This document shows, piece after piece, positions 45,021-59,043 of a stretch of DNA of 64,000 bases; position 1 is the first letter of the stretch; every line of letters begins with the position of its first letter. The stretch is taken from contig CM022676.1 of the NCBI GenBank assembly GCA_012295275.1, forward strand, positions 1,736,001-1,800,000. The letters are read 5' to 3'. The notes beneath the pieces are model-generated. The model worked only from the letters and a program-made list of their open reading frames with translations. It was not told the origin of the DNA and did not search any database. The position numbers and the translations under genes are program-made. The stretch comes from Chrysomallon squamiferum. Its lineage: Eukaryota; Animalia; Mollusca.

Positions 45021-46398
45021 ATGAACGCTGCCCATCCACAATGGCCAAATGTAATTTGTCGTTCTCGATTTGTCAGGTTAAGTGATTTTTACCTCAAAGA
45101 AATTTATCTTAACGAGCAAATACAAGCACGAAAATGGGTGAGTTGTGATAACAGATGTTCCATCTAAACATTGGCAACAGATGCAGTTATTTTACAAAAA
45201 TAACGAACATAGAACTGAGTTGATAATTTATATAAAAACTTAGTTTGTTTAACAAGCTAATACTGTTTACCAAAAATATACATATAGGAATTCTCCCCTT
45301 CAAAAGATGGTAATTTTTCTGCATTGAGAGGTTACCAAACTTTACAACTTTCCCAATACATTAAGAAACGTTTTCTAAATTATTTATCGAAGAAAAAGAA
45401 AAAAAGTATTTTCGGCCCTTTTAACTTTCATGTTTCGCTTATACATAAACGTGAGTTTTTTCTGTGTCTTTGGATTGTTTTTGTTGTTCATCAAGTTAAA
45501 ATCGTTTAATTACTCTCTCTCTCTCGAAAGATTGATAGACAGGTAGATAGATGGTTATAAAGAGACACGAACGAATAGTAAAAACTGAAAGAAAAAATGG
45601 AGAACAAAACGAAAAGAAGACGTTCAAACAAAGGTGAAAGAGTATAATATCTTTATTAATCTTTTCAAAGCAGACCTTCTAAACCATGCAGCTTATATGA
45701 TATAGCTGGCTGCGACCTTGTCGTCTTTCTGAGAGTCAAGGACGAATGACGTCCGGTGAAGTCAACTATTTTAACCTTTCTATTGTTAGACTACAATGCT
45801 GAACAAACTAATTAAACTCAAAGATAAACATTAAACAGAAAAAGCCCAAAGGATTCTTTCTGAGATCTCTAAAAATGAACAGAAGAAATAAATAATTAGT
45901 GACCTGTTTGCAGATGCATGAGATAAAGTGTCTTTACAACTCGAAGTTGATTTGGTTGTCATATCAGTAAATGTGTTCAAATCGCGCTTGTTGTTGTTTT
46001 CTCTTTAATCATGTCCCATGTTTGTTAATGAAATCCTTGGAAATCTTGTTTACATTTCAATAGAAAACCGGATGCTGATAGTTTAATATGCTGAAACCAT
46101 AAATTACATTCTACATGACTTATAAATATGAGAAAGAGAGAGAGAGAGAGAGTAGAAGAAAAACAAGATAAAGAATAAAGAAAATGCGAGTTAATAATAA
46201 CAAAACAAAGAACATTAATAGTCAGTTAATACTGTCTGAATGTGAAAACAAAAGCGTAATTGTTGCACACGTGGCTTCTTTTAGGAAACCAAAATGGTGG
46301 GTGAGACAGAATGTGTGTGTGTGTCTGTGAAATGTATATCGAATCCTGTCAATCAAAACAAGCAGTTATTATAAGTGTATAATCAGCCACTTTTTAAA

Positions 46399-46444
<46 letters not shown>

Positions 46445-47747
46445 TATTATTATTATTATTATTATTAAATGTAAAAGAATAGTATATATTATTATGATAC
46501 TGTATGTGTGTGTGTGCTTTCGTGTGCATGCTTGAGCGGATGTATATCCGCCATTTGTATTTTCGTGCATATTACAGGGATCCTCAGTACATGTGGTCAG
46601 TGTGTAGGCCTACCATAAAAACACGACGAATAAGGCAACGATTTGTACAGAAGTAATGTAAATAACGTAGATATCTTCCAGAAGGCTCCATATTTTCAGT
46701 ATTTTGCTTACATAAATGTACTGTAGTTCACCTAGAAAACAATAATACTTGTGTACCTTAAGTAGAAGATAAATATACAGACAAAATGAGAAATACCATC
46801 ATGGAGTTGGTGTGTGTGTGTATATATATGTGTGTTGCGTGAGTGTGTTGTGTGTGTGTGTGTTTGTATTGAATTTGAGTATTACTGTGTTGTGTTTTGT
46901 TTATATATATAACAACGTGCCTATCTTTAATTTGGGTGTGTGCATTTTTTCATTTGTATGTTTCTGTGAATTAATGTCTATTTGTGTTTAACTTTGTTTA
47001 TGCAATCAATTTGTATATATGCGTGAACTTGTCTTTACATGTATGTGTTTGTTCGCTTGTGTCAGAGTCTATGTATCTGCGGGTGTATGCGTTTAACTGT
47101 GTTTCAAAAAAAGAAAGACAAAACACAGGCAAAAATGCTAAAAATAGAAACAAATATTTAAAACGAAAATATTTGCTATTTATAATAATTCTAATACTAT
47201 TTTAGAAAGTTAATTTCTAATCTAGGCCACACACACACACACACACACATATAATTCGTTACTGCTCATACTCATAGTACTACTGCTTTTGATTTGCTCC
47301 AACAGCTACTGTTAATTACTACTGCTAACTAGTACAATTACTATTATTACTACTACTATTGCTACCACTACTACTAACACTACTGATGGTGATACTGTTA
47401 AGACTACTTCGTTATTATTTATTTATTTATTTATTATATGATTTTTCTCCAGCAGGGAATTTAAATAAGAATTTTTATATATGCACGCACAGATATATCA
47501 ACTGTCTGCAGAAACATTTTTAGACTAAATTAGTGTAATATCCAGCATGGCACACATTTGACTTCATTTAATCCTAATATCTAAGTATCTCATTTTTGAC
47601 AGAAGAAATTAAAATAATAATAAAACACGAGAGAACCTTAGTTTTAATGTAGCTCGACAGTAGGCTCTTCTGAACGGGCGAACGTGTCATTTGACAATAA
47701 TAAGAGATATTACCCACAATTCATCAGTCTTTTGTAAATAGGCCAAA

Positions 47748-50700
47748 ATGTCGGACGGGAAGGTGATTAGAGTTGGGTCGAGGAAAAGCCAGGTATTAAA
47801 TGTTCTCTAATTATATGAATTTGACAGTAACATGTTTAATATTTAGGTAAAACTGTAGCGAATTAGAATTCTTCTTGCGGAAGATGCTTTAAAAGCTGTT
47901 TATGAAGAAGTGACGAAACATTGTAAACATATTTATGATATTATCCTAACAAGTTAACAACTTCATCATGATCCTGGGATGTCTTACGATTTAGCGATCA
48001 CCGACTTAATGATGATCGTGCAGTGTATATTTCATAACATTCAAAAGTTGAAGGGTTAGATATCGATAAGAAACACGGTAAACAGTTCTTCAGTTTCTGT
48101 AAATGGAAGGTAAAACCAAAATAAAATTGAATGATTTACCTTAAATTTTAACTTAAACTATTGGCATTGCTATTAATAATTAAAGCAATGGTTCCAAATC
48201 TATCTTGCTCCATGCCCATCTCGGCAACTAATAAATATTTATGTCCCCCTCTGATATAAAAGCAAACTGAGTTTTGTAAAAGTGTAATTAATGTAATATA
48301 AAATAGAAATCCTTTAATTAAATAAAGCTAAAAATTAGGTAAACAAGAGTAAACAAACTGCGCATAGGTGCTGCCAGATATACGACAACTGGAAATTTGG
48401 TCGTCTTAAATCACTTTCAAATTGCTCCACCCCCATTATATTCCAATTGCCCCATGAACAGGAATCATTGATTTAAAAGTTCAGATGACTGCTTCTGCTA
48501 CTGCTGTTACTAATATTATCTATTAATGTTACTACAACTACAAGATGAGTACTACTTGAAATGCCACTCACTCATTATATTTAATTGCAAACTGTGCATA
48601 ATAAATTGAGAATTCAGTTTAGTTGATAAATATTTTAAGGAAAACGTATTATGAATATTATTTTTATTAATGTACATTATAACCTTATTATAATCATTAA
48701 AATTTTACTTATTAAAGATCTGATATAGTTTAATAACAATTAAAATAGATTGATTTTTTTGATTTTCCAAATATGAGGTTACAGGAAGAAAATGTAAATA
48801 AACATTCAAGGTTTAATCATTATTTCAATGATCTTTGTTTAGAAAGTATTGAAGAATAACATCTGAAATAAAAGGTACTAATATCTCAGACCTATGTGGC
48901 ACATGGTAACAGCAAAGATCATTTTGTGCTGAAATGTCATTAAGTATTAATTCATATAAGTGTAAATGCTGATTGTACTTTCTTTACAGTTGTTATGAGG
49001 ACACTGTATATTAATACAATACATATTGTTTGATAAGTTTCACAAAACATATATATATAAAAATATTAAAAAATCAACTGAAAGACAAAACCTAAGAAAA
49101 TGGAATATAAAAATATGATTAAAGCAATTTAACTAAACATTATTTTTCAGCTGGCTTTGATCCAGACTAATAAAGTGATTAGTAGACTGAAGGAACTCAA
49201 TCCACACCTGAAATTTGAAGTTGGTAAGAATATTCATTTTTATATCATCATAATTGTAGCTATAAATATAGCAAAGAATTTAAAATATTTTTGATAATAC
49301 CTTAACAAAATTTAAACGTCTAGATATCAGAACAAATAAAAAAAATAAAAATTCGACATTAAAAATATATTTAAAAAATAATTCAGATTATTCTGTTTGT
49401 TAACAAATAATAATTATCTCTTCTATCTGTTTTAAATTCGTTTTCAGTAACCATGACAACAACAGGTGATCGCATTCTAGATTCAGCGCTATCAAAGGTA
49501 TAGTTGTTTAAGATTAGGACAGTTGTTATGAATGAAGTAAAAGTTTATTAAAATGTATGCGATAGAGAATCTATTTATAGTGCCCTTGACAGTATTAGTC
49601 ATTTTTATTGTTATTTGACTGACATCAGGTCATATTAACAACTTAATTCTAAGCACACTGACAAACCATACATGCTAAATTTAATGATAAAATTTTATGT
49701 CATTATGATTATAAAAGTAAAATTGTTGGTGGTCATATATATATATATATATTTGTCATTTTAATATGGGTTTATCAGTGTTAATTTGATAAGAATTAAA
49801 ACAGTCTGCCTTTTGAAGAGTTAGGTTAGTAATGTAAACAAACATTTAATTCAGAGTTGAAAGATTATTTCTATGAAATTTGTTAAGAAAGTATTGAAGA
49901 TTAATTATTCATATCCAATGGTTGTCAAAGGAGCAGACAAAATCCTTCATGTTTCCAAGCACAAGTGGGCATTGTAGAGGAGTATGCACAGAAACATGCC
50001 AAGAAAGACACTTTAAGGGTACAAGCTAAGCATGAAACCAAAATCATTATTTTTTTATGTTATAGAGTTGAAACTTTGTGGAAATAATCCCCATTTGTTA
50101 CTACAAAACACTAGTACCAGCTTATTTTTTTATGATAAGTGGTACTTTTATTTTTGTCTTTTTTTTTTGCATTTCAATACCCAGTTTCCTGAACATCTCC
50201 AACCCAAACCAGAGTGTGTGTATATATATATATATATATATATTCAACCTGCTGGGGTTCATCATAGGCATGTATTTCTAGAAAGTAACAAGAAGAAATT
50301 AGCCTTTTTTTACATGGTTCAAAAGAAATGTTATTTTTTTTTTTTAATTTACATTTTTCACTTGTATTATTTGGTACCTGACACATTATAAAGGTTATAT
50401 CAGAATAATGATAATGTTTTCAAGATTTTTTTCTTGTCACTTTCTGATGTTTGTTTCTAAAAATATATATTCCAAATTTGGGATCACTAGGGCAAATATG
50501 TATGAAAAAAGTATGAAAAACAAAAGGTGAGAAAACAGCAAATAGAGATTTATAACTATATTTCCACTTATTCTAACCACAGGGGTGATGTTATGTATAA
50601 TTATTATGATAACTGTGTCTATGTATTTCCATTTAAAAAGACCCTGAAACATTTATCTAAAAACTGTTTTTGTATTATACATTATTGTTACATTATGTGT

Positions 50701-53700
50701 AGTGCAAAAAAAGTTAGTTCTCGTCCCTGAAACTTATAATAACATATTTACATTTAAAATTATCCAGCTGCATATGCAGGTTCATCTTCAGCTGCAGCAA
50801 GCATTTTCTGTTAATGAATCCTTTTCAAATGTCTTATTTCTCTTTGAAATTTTTGAGATCTGGCAGATTTCCTATCCATCATGTGGATTTGTTCAGAATC
50901 CTTTGAATGGGTTAATTTCCTAGCAGCTCCACCCACCTGTTGTAAACCCAGTGCTGCTACTGTATTGGAAACACTTTCTACACAGCCATCATTAAATTCA
51001 CTCACTGCCATTGCAACCCCATTGTCCATCCTTAATTTTCCCACAAAGTCTGTTTTGGGGCATTTCCGCCAAATCATTGCATGCAGACTTTCATTACTAT
51101 TTTGCGTCTTCCCTTTTAGACATCGACGTAAAAGGTTTTCGTTACAAAGTCGAATATAGATTGGCTTAACAAACTGCCAACATTTTTAGCATGGTTGCCA
51201 TAATATTTTGTTAGATAGTATCAGCAGTTAGTTTCCCATGGCTTTTCCGACCTTTTATAACACCTTGCTGTCAAGCTTCCTCTGCCACTTTCCTCAATGC
51301 TGCACCCATCCTTTTTGACACATGGTTGATACATTCTTCCTTTTGTAATTTACATTCATGCCCATACACATTGAGAGAGGATAGATGTAAAAATGTTTTA
51401 GAATCACTATCTGACAGCATTGTCATGTATCTAAATCTACATTTATATATTGACCTATTCCACAAAATGGCTGCAATGGCTGCTTCCATAATAGTACCAT
51501 AATAGTTTTTGTCACATATGTGGTTAGTCTTCCAGTTTAGATACTTTTGGCTTTCTCTGTCATAGTGGTCACCAACAGTAGCACAACCATGACAGTACAG
51601 ACACAGAATTAAATCAATTACACAGCTAACACATTGATGTGTGTCCTCAAGTCATCCATGAAGCATCATATGACACACTTTTATCTATTACATCACTTTC
51701 TGAATTAAGATCAGCGTAGGTCTTTTTCATAAACATTTCGAAACAGATACTTGAATATCTTCAGAAACAGCCTTTTGGTGTTTCTTGTATGTTTTATGAT
51801 GTATTCATGGTGAATCCAGCCACCAACATAGTCGATGATGTACCAAAAATCCTACACCACTATCCATAGTTCCTGCAACCATTTGTCTGATAGTGGTGAA
51901 AGGAAATCTGCTTCCCTCACCTCCTACACAATCTGATGGCAATGTCTCATTGAGCACCTTTTTACAAGTAGCATAAACTGTCTGCAGATTGACAACAGGG
52001 CCTTTCAACTGATCAGATACAGTGACAGTTAATGATCCATTACAGGAGGAGTCTGACCATGGCACATTTTGGACAGGTTTTTTTCAGACACACCACCTGC
52101 ACAAAAAGATAGCTGTTGTCACTAACAAATGGACACTAGTCTTCATCTTCATTTCCAGTTTTCTTTTGGAAGTTGATGAATAACTTGTATGAATAGAAAG
52201 TTGAATAATTTTTGTAAATGGTCATATCAAAAAAGATTTATTTTCAAATTTTGCAATTTTTCAACCTGCATGTCTCCTTAAGTAACAATACCTAATTTTA
52301 TAAATTCTTTATAATAATTTAAATCACATATCTGTGTGTGTTTGTCTTGGTATTTACAGTAGATAATCATTTTTAAATTATTTATAGATTGGAGAAAAGT
52401 CCCTGTTCACCAAGGAGCTGGAGGATGGTTTGATTGATAGAAGTCTTGACTTTGTAGTTCATTCACTCAAAGATTTACCAACATCTCTACCTGACGGCCT
52501 GGCTATTGGCTGTGTCTACAAGTAAGTTGTGTACAGGAGAATGAACTTTTTATTGAAAAGGATTGGCTTCCAGTGCATTTATAATAAAAAATTAAGGACA
52601 TTTATTTTTAAATATACTTCATAAAATTTATTGAAAGCCTTCAGGAAATGTAGGTATCTTTCAACAAATTCTCCTTTTATAGTTTCAAATAGAAATTCAA
52701 AATAAAATAGTATTTGTTTATTTTCCAATTACAGATGATATTTAAAGTTAATGATGAAAATCATGAAACAGATACCATGTTTGTTAGTAACTTAATATTC
52801 TTCATTAAAAAAAAAAAAAGTAAGTGAGCTTGAGTACATGCAGCATTAGATAAATGCAAGAATTAAAAAATCCCAACACAATAATTGTTGTTTTAAAGTA
52901 AGACATTTAGTTAGAGAACAGGTAAGTGTATCAGACAAACTGAATTTAGTATAAATGTAAGTCAACAGAGGCAGTTTATAGATAACATTTTTCTTAATGT
53001 CTAACCAGTTATTTAATTTTTTAATTTTAATTTTTTTATCAGAAGAGACAGTCCTTATGATGCAGTGGTGATGCATCCTAAGAATGAGGGGAAGACACTG
53101 CAAACTTTACCCAAAGGGAGGCAAGTCAGTTATAAATTGTAAAAAAAAAATTTAAAAAACAAAAATCTGAAGCAGGAATACTATGGAATCATTGGTCAGA
53201 TGCTTAAATATATGCCTTTAATTGTTTCCTTTTTTGTTGTTCTTACATTCTGGAGTCTGTGTTTATTGAAATTTAGTTAACTGTAAAAAGTTATATTTAC
53301 AGATGCATAAAATGTTAGATTTAAATGCCAAAATAGCTAATAAAAAACTAAAGAAATTATAGACTGTCAGCCATTATTTTGACTTCAAAACAAGTTTTTA
53401 ATATTAATCTAGAACACATTGGTTATTAAGATATCATAGATTGTATTTTGAACAACTATTTCTCCATAGTCATTTTACAAAACATGCTCTATGAGTTTAT
53501 ATGATTAGATATTTTCGACCTAGCTGTCTCTTAACATAAACAATTTGTTTACAAGCATAGCAGTATATATTAATATGATCAGAAACATTAAAAAATATTT
53601 TTTTATTAAACATGAATCGGTCAGTATTGTTGGTACGAGTTCACTGAGGAGATGCTCACAGATTCGACGAAGATATCCAACACTTGTCATTGAAGATATT

Positions 53701-56636
53701 GTATCCTTTCATCCTTTTTTCTTGAATATCTTCTTTGATTCAACATAATTTGAACCTATGTGACATCTCCAGTAAGAGTCTGAGGAATAGAGGTAATGAT
53801 TTTCCACAAATGGAATTGCAGATTTGGAAATATTAAACAGAATCAGCATTATTTTGAATTGTGAAACAAAATTTCAATGATTTTTGTCACGATACAGATT
53901 TTTCTTGATTTATTTATTAGCATACACTAATGTTCTGCTTCACTGATAAATTGTAACATTAACTGATTAAAGTTACTGTACAAGAAAATGTTAACATGCA
54001 TTTTCAAATATTGATTATTTTATTTTTATCATTTGGCTCTGTTTTTATTTTTCTATTGAGTTAGCTAATTCCAGTTCATCTTTACACCACACATCTAAAT
54101 TTACTGATAATGGAAAATATATTTTATTAGCAGAATTAGCTATTTTCATAGGCAGAAGTGTATTAAAAGTTAGTCTGTGAAAACTTTACTACAACCGAAG
54201 TAATAAGTGAAAGCCAGTTTTCTTCATGAACATTTTAAGATTCAAGAAACAGAAGTATAGAAATATTTCAGTACAAACAGTGCACTTAGGAGGATTTCAA
54301 AAAAAAAAAAAGAAATGAAATAGAAATGGGCCTAATCTGTTCAGTTTTGGAGGTTATGTTGTAGGTACTTTTCTTATTAATCTCTCAACTGATAGTCTTG
54401 TTTAGTATAAATATCCTTAACACGGTACTAGCGTGGAAATCTCAACACCAGATTCCGGAAGCTTGACTCAGATAACAAGTATGATGCTATAGTTCTTGCA
54501 GAAGCGGGACTTCGCAGAATGTCCTGGTGTGATCGCATTTCAGAAGTATGTCATTTGTATTGTTTAAATGTTATTTTAATACATGACTTTCTAAATATTA
54601 TCTGGGAAAAATATAACTGTTAAGCTATTAAACATCACTGACATTTTTATAGTAAAATTGTTTTAAAAGTTTCATGCCTCAATTTAAAGTATGTTTTGTG
54701 GTTTGTCAAATAGCATGAATATATTTTTCTATGAAACCATGATCTGATTTACAAATAATAACATAAAAGTAATCACTTTGAATAATTTCATAAATACAAA
54801 CATTGCAAGACACCAAAACATGATTTAATCAACATGTTACATTGTTTTTCTAAAATTTAACTTAGTCATTAACAAAAAGTACTTCATAGCAAAGTGAAAC
54901 AAGGAAATATTAACAGTATGTTGTTTTTGTTGCTACATTCAGATTATTATTTCAAACATTTCTTGTTTAAGATATTATCACCAGAAGATTGTATGTATGC
55001 TGTGAGCCAGGGGGCAATGGCTGTTGAGTGCAGAGCAGATGATATGGAGACAGTTCGCCTGTTAAATGAAATACATGACCCAGAGACTGCTCTCAGGTGT
55101 ATAGCTGAGAGAGCATTTCTTAGACAACTTGTAAGATTTATTTTGATAATGTTTTATCTAGTTTTATATCAAGACATTTGTCTATTTAAGCCAGTAAATT
55201 TAAAACTGTATGCTCTCTGATACTCAGTTTTATTTAGATCTGTACTGTATTAAAATGCCTTTCAAGAATACATTTGAAATCATTTTAAAATGCTAGGAAT
55301 AGATTTATAATTTCTTAAAGTGTTAAATCTTTTGCAGGAGGGAGGTTGCAGTGTTCCTGTTGCAGTCCACACACAGATTGTTGATGACAAAGTAAGCACA
55401 TATTTAGTTGTTTGCATACTAACACATTAAAATTATAACTTTATATGAGACATAATTATTTCTCCTTTATCCATACTTTATTAGGGTATACTGCATCATT
55501 AGAGTTAGAACTAAAGTTTAATTAGATTCAACTAATTTATAAAAATATAGGAGACTGTATTTTTTGTTTGTTTGTGTGAAACAAATTATTGTAACAAATT
55601 TGTTCATGTTAGTAAGAGAAAAGTTATCAAAGTAATACAGATCAATTATTAAATTTAATACTTGAGTTACTACAGACACTAAAAAGGTTTGAGCATTAAA
55701 TCAGATCCTGTATTCAGTATCGGAATGAAACTTGTATCTGCATGTGTCCTTTGAATATCTGTTTTTAATTGAAATGCACAGATTTGAAATCAATAATATA
55801 TTTTTATTTGCTTTTACTCAGCTTGTCATGCGAGGTGGTGTTTTCAGTGTGGATGGATCTGAGGCTGTAATTGAATCTTCTTCTGTTACATTTTCCAAGA
55901 CATCTGGTGGTAAAGTAAGAACAACTTTGTTATTTTTTAAAAGTTTTGTACGTTTTTTATGATTATAATGGAAATTGTAATTTCTTCATGTTAACATCTG
56001 TTATTCAATATGGTTCGTAATTATGAAAATATTTTTCTCTCTACATAATGTCGGACTGTTTACTGCTTGAAAATGTGTGTTTGTTTTTAAAGTGAAATGA
56101 AACACATAGGCATGCATGCATACACACTCTAGTTTTCTTTTGTACATAGCATATTTTTAAACATTTAAATATCTAATAATTGATTAGCATTTGTAAAGTA
56201 TTCTATTACAGTGATCTGTTTTGATGCTTTTTATGGATAACCCTTAAATATTACAATAAATAGACAAATCTAACAATTTCATGGTAAAAACTGAACAAAA
56301 TATATTTCAAAAACAGATGTTTTATTCAGATTCCAGTATTTACACTGTTTGCTGGTTTAGTAGACCTTTACTTAGATTTAATATAAATATTAATTTCAGT
56401 TACATGATGGTCATCAGCTGTATGCATCAGTTGTTGGTTGTCTTGAACATGACCCTAAGAGATTCATGGCATCTGAAAAATTAGGAATAGACGTTGCAGA
56501 TGCAATGGTTGCAAAGGGAGCAGACAAAATCCTTCATGTTGCCAAGCGCAAGGCAGAGGAAGGCATTTTAGAGGAGCATGCACGGAAACGTGTGAAGAAA
56601 GAAATTAGTCCCGCCATGCCACAAATAGCTTTATAA
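47748..56636 (+). CDS. HMBS: Porphobilinogen deaminase (hydroxymethylbilane synthase), 11 exons, 370 aa
   Basis: Exons: 47748-47792, 49151-49223, 49448-49497, 52388-52521, 53043-53120, 53625-53700, 54432-54545, 54972-55130, 55338-55391, 55822-55914, 56400-56636; 1113 nt in frame. Motifs [85 protein letters not shown] (cofactor-binding Cys). Intron 5 is GC-AG and intron 6 is U12-type. Confidence 0.95.
48186..48470. mobile_element. hAT-like MITE in HMBS intron 1
   Basis: Ends CAATGGTTCC and GGAATCATTG are imperfect TIRs of the CAGTGGTTCC type. Flanking 8-mers AATTAAAG and ATTTAAAA match 6/8. Confidence 0.5.
50017..52277 (-). mobile_element. Decayed DDE transposon with Mutator-like transposase domain, TTAA-flanked (Kolobok-type ends), in HMBS intron 3
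   Basis: TTAA|GGGTACAAGC ... GCATGTCTCC|TTAA. Minus-strand fragments [72 protein letters not shown] and [29 protein letters not shown] are broken by stops and frameshifts. Confidence 0.8.
53701..54431 (+). other. HMBS: U12-type (minor spliceosome) GT-AG intron, HMBS intron 6
   Basis: 5' splice site GTATCCTTT; branch site TCCTTAAC at 54414-54421, 10 nt before the intron end; no polypyrimidine tract. Joins EDI|RGNLNTR. Confidence 0.92.
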
Positions 56637-58999
56637 TAATCAAATAACAACACATTTCCTAATTTTACATTTTTAAAATAATGTGTGCATGTTAATAATT
56701 TCATTGCTTCAGTATGTTTATTAAAATTGAATTGTACTGCATAATCAGAAATTTTTTAAGTAATTCTATTAAATAAAATAATTTGTTATCTGTTTAGCAT
56801 GCCATTGGATATCATCAGTAAGTATGTAATATTAGGAACTGAAGATAATGAATGGAAAGACTGTTGGCTGAAATACTTCAGCTAGATATGCCAGTATAAA
56901 ATGTTTTTAGTCAGTGATGCATTTATATGATCAGATGTTTTTTTTATGCAACCATGATAAATTTGAAATGATAAAATACAAACTATTTCATGTTATATTG
57001 TGTTTGACTAATTTAAATGAAGAGAAAAACTTAGTAGAACATTATCTCAGTCTAGACTTCTGCATACAGTAGAACATAAATCTGTTTGTGAAATTTCTTA
57101 TTTTCTTATTACTCAAAGCAATACACCAGCAAATGGTCATATATCTTATAATCTCATAAAGCTATTTAAAGTTTATTTTCACTGTTTCATATATATAATT
57201 CTTTATTTTAAATGCTGAAGTTTATTAATCAAAAACAATTTTGTGCCAGTTTTCAAGACTGTTGAGGAATTATGACTGAACACAAGTTAATAACTATTAA
57301 TACTTGTAATCTTTAGTTTATATTATTTTTATTTTTATTTTTATTTGAAATGGCTGTTGCTAAAAGTGGCAGCTATTAAAAAAGATAGATTAATCTGTTT
57401 ATTAAAAAATATATATTGAATGTTTTATTTATTAATCTTGAAAAGGTAAAAATTCTTTTTGGTTTCACAGCTTTAGTATAGATTATTTAATATGGTGAAA
57501 GGTAAAAACAATTTTTTTTTTTTTTTAAATGTATATTCCTCTGGATGAAATCTCATGTTTGTTTTGTATTAAGATTGAATATTTGGTGCAGGATGTTTTA
57601 ATTTCTCATGTTTGTAATGAGTTTAAGTAGTATGGAGTGACAGTCAAAACAATATATAAACATTTAAAAGTAGAAATTAATGCAGAAATATGGATTAAAA
57701 TATTTTTATCCAAGGATAGGTGGAATGTTTTGTAACATATTTAATGGGTTTGTTTATGTGTGTGTGTGTGTGTTACGATACAGTGTTTCAGCTGTGTTGT
57801 ATAATATACATTTGTTTATATATAAAAAGTATTAAAACCTGGTAGTTTATGTCAATATTTGTTATAATAAATATTATTTTGTTAAATTAGCAATACAACA
57901 TTAAAGATGTAGTGTTAAATAATTATAAACTATTATGAAAAATACTAATTTTAAAGCATTAATGAAATGCAGTCAATAAGAAAAACTAATTTCTGATTTA
58001 TAATTAAGCTAAAAATAAAATAACATTTGACTGTAGTGGTGTTTATTTGTTCATTTACTTTTTTATATGTATTATTATTATTATTATTATTATTATAATT
58101 ATTGTTATATATATTGATGAAGAGCAACTTAATTTTTAAAGATCTTTTCATGATGAGTAGCTCAAAAAACTGGAGTTCTTTCTCTTAGTAATAAGAATGC
58201 AGTTGGTCCCAGTTTCACTACAACTCAGACTTAAACCAGGTTTGAAATTAGGCAAAACTGAGGAAATATAAAATGATATTAAACATAATAATAATAATAA
58301 CAATAATAATATTAATCTGAAAACAGCCAACTTTAATAGGTAAACTCCGCTTATCTGTTTACCACGGTAAAAGTATTCTTGCACGTACTGACTCGTTGAC
58401 GGATTCTGCACTAAATTATTGTTTGTCATTTTATGTTAATTTAATATTAAGTTTAGTAAAAACTTTTGTTTATATAGTTTAATTAAATAAAGACAAAATA
58501 TGTTTGGGTGTGTGGAGTGTACTTCCCTGTTTACATTATATAATGAATTCGTTTTATGCCTATATTCGATTTACGACATTACAATCGCAAAACTGATGTA
58601 AAGGGAGATATGACTGAACTGCTTTTTCTTTCTTTTTACAGTTTTTTCTTACGATTTTAGAAAGCAAATTTTGCCATTCATTTTCGTTTACTTGTGTGTC
58701 AGCAAGGGATACAGTGAATTCATGTTATAAACGCAGGTACAGCTAGCTGCCCATCCTGTTTCTTTATCGGTTTTGATTTAGATTGATGAATTGTATTCTG
58801 TATATATATTTTTATTATTGTTGAGGTTTTGGAATGTTGTATACCAGATGTGCAAAATAACAAAGCAATTATAGCGTAAACAGTTTTATTTCATTTAATT
58901 TTCCAATTAACCATTTCTTTTATGTTCCTGTTGGAAGAAAAAAGTGTAAATAAAGCCAAAATATTTAAAAAAAAAAAAATTGGTAGGAACAAATAATAT

Positions 59000-59043
<44 letters not shown>

